DNA of 58,238 nucleotides from an uncultured Muribaculaceae bacterium (GTDB lineage Bacteria; Bacillota_I; Bacilli_A; RF39; UBA660): NCBI GenBank assembly GCA_964447275.1, contig CAYURI010000005.1, positions 1 to 58,238 of the forward strand, read 5' to 3'. Shown piece by piece: positions 57,396 to 58,238 of this stretch (position 1 is its first letter; each line of letters starts with the position of its first letter). The notes under the pieces were generated by a model. It saw only the letters and a program-made list of their open reading frames with translations, ran no database searches and was not told where the DNA came from. The position numbers and the translations under genes were made by a program.

Positions 57396-57926
57396 ATGGA
57401 AAAATTAAAGGTAGGCGACAAATTAACAATTCATTGCTATAAACATAATGGTAAAATTCATCGTACTTGGGATGAAGCAATTGTGCTAGATGAGACCGAT
57501 GATGTTTTAGTTTGCGGTAATCATAAAACCTGGATTACTGAAGCCGATGGGCGAAGTCATAAAACTAAAGAACCGGCAGTAATATTTTTCTATAAAAACA
57601 AATGGTTTAATATCTTTGCTCAGATTAAAAAAGTTGGGCTTTTCTATAAATGCAATATTGCTTCACCGTATTTAATAGATAATAAAATAATAAAGTTTAT
57701 TGATTATGATTTAGATTTAAAAGTTTTTCCAGATGGTGGTTTTAGGGTTTTAGATCGTAATGAATATAAATATCACAAAAAGATAATGAATTATTCAGAT
57801 GATTTAGATTTGGTTGTAAAAAACGGCTTAGAAGAGTTAATAGATATTAAAAAGAATAACCTTTATCCTTTTAAAGAAGAACTAGTTAAAGAATATTATC
57901 AAATTTATAAAAAATTAGCTGATTAA
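57396..57926 (+). CDS. DUF402/YgaC family nucleoside tri/diphosphate phosphatase
   Basis: YKHNGKIHRTW, VTE.DGR, YKCNIASP, IDYDLDLKVFPDG, LDRNEY. Confidence 0.9.
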   Translation: MEKLKVGDKLTIHCYKHNGKIHRTWDEAIVLDETDDVLVCGNHKTWITEADGRSHKTKEPAVIFFYKNKWFNIFAQIKKVGLFYKCNIASPYLIDNKIIKFIDYDLDLKVFPDGGFRVLDRNEYKYHKKIMNYSDDLDLVVKNGLEELIDIKKNNLYPFKEELVKEYYQIYKKLAD

Positions 57927-58045
57927 AAATTAAAATAGAGCTCTTTTGAAAAGAGCTTTTTTGTTAGAAAAAACGGGCTTTTTTGTCAAATTTTGTCAAA
58001 AAAATCAAAAAAAGTAAAAAAAAGCATTTTTTTGTTAAAAAAGTG

Positions 58046-58075
58046 TTGACAATGCCCTATTCAATTTGATATATT
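58046..58075 (+). promoter_or_regulatory. rRNA operon promoter
   Basis: TTGACA with an A/T-rich UP region, 18 nt, then TGnTATATT. Confidence 0.75.
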
Positions 58076-58083
58076 ACACATGC

Positions 58084-58122
58084 ACATCCGGAGAGGATGT
58101 TTTGAAATGATCTTTGAAAACT
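58084..58122 (+). promoter_or_regulatory. rrn antitermination boxB hairpin and boxA
   Basis: ACATCC-GGAGA-GGATGT (58084-58100) then TGATCTTTGAAAACT (58108-58122). Confidence 0.8.
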
Positions 58123-58189
58123 AAGTAAAATGTCAATTTTGAGTAGCTTAGTGATTAAACACTTAAATAAAAGATTTTAATAGATCTTT

Positions 58190-58238
<49 letters not shown>

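Overview
A 58 kb stretch of an AT-rich Bacilli-type chromosome running from inside dnaA/oriC to the 5' end of a 16S rRNA gene, with nearly all genes on the + (leading) strand. Gene content and order look like a condensed Bacillus subtilis origin region, and an uncultured, streamlined Bacilli/Mollicutes-adjacent lineage such as RF39 is my inference, not something the sequence proves. Core blocks: dnaA-oriC-dnaN-comK-recF-gyrBA; ffs-tadA-dnaX-ybaB-recR-holB-ricT-pth-mfd; tatD-yabE-like-rsmA-spoVG-divIC; nrdDG; rplM-rpsI; lysS; uvrA-lgt-trxB; mrnC-rlmB-sigH-secE-nusG-rplKAJL; rrn. Two small accessory patches lie beside tRNA-Trp(CCA) and tRNA-Gly(CCC). Most notable: (1) a parS-NBS-parS cassette, i.e. 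a perfect Noc-binding site between two perfect parS sites, the first doubling as the gyrA terminator; (2) an intact but motif-dead EcfA1/EcfA2 pair with no adjacent ecfT; (3) a tRNA-Trp-linked islet with a degenerate QueD-like T-fold protein, a helical-repeat protein, a TIM barrel, a Nudix enzyme and a nonsense-interrupted ADP-ribosyltransferase-like gene; (4) an Abi-family HEPN gene overlapping htrA; (5) ribosomal protein L11 with a ~65 aa acidic tail; (6) comK inside the oriC cluster plus a SigH-type promoter before spoVG; (7) apparent absence of in-frame CGG codons. I saw no CRISPR array, integrase or transposase. All family assignments come from motif recognition by eye, not database searches.
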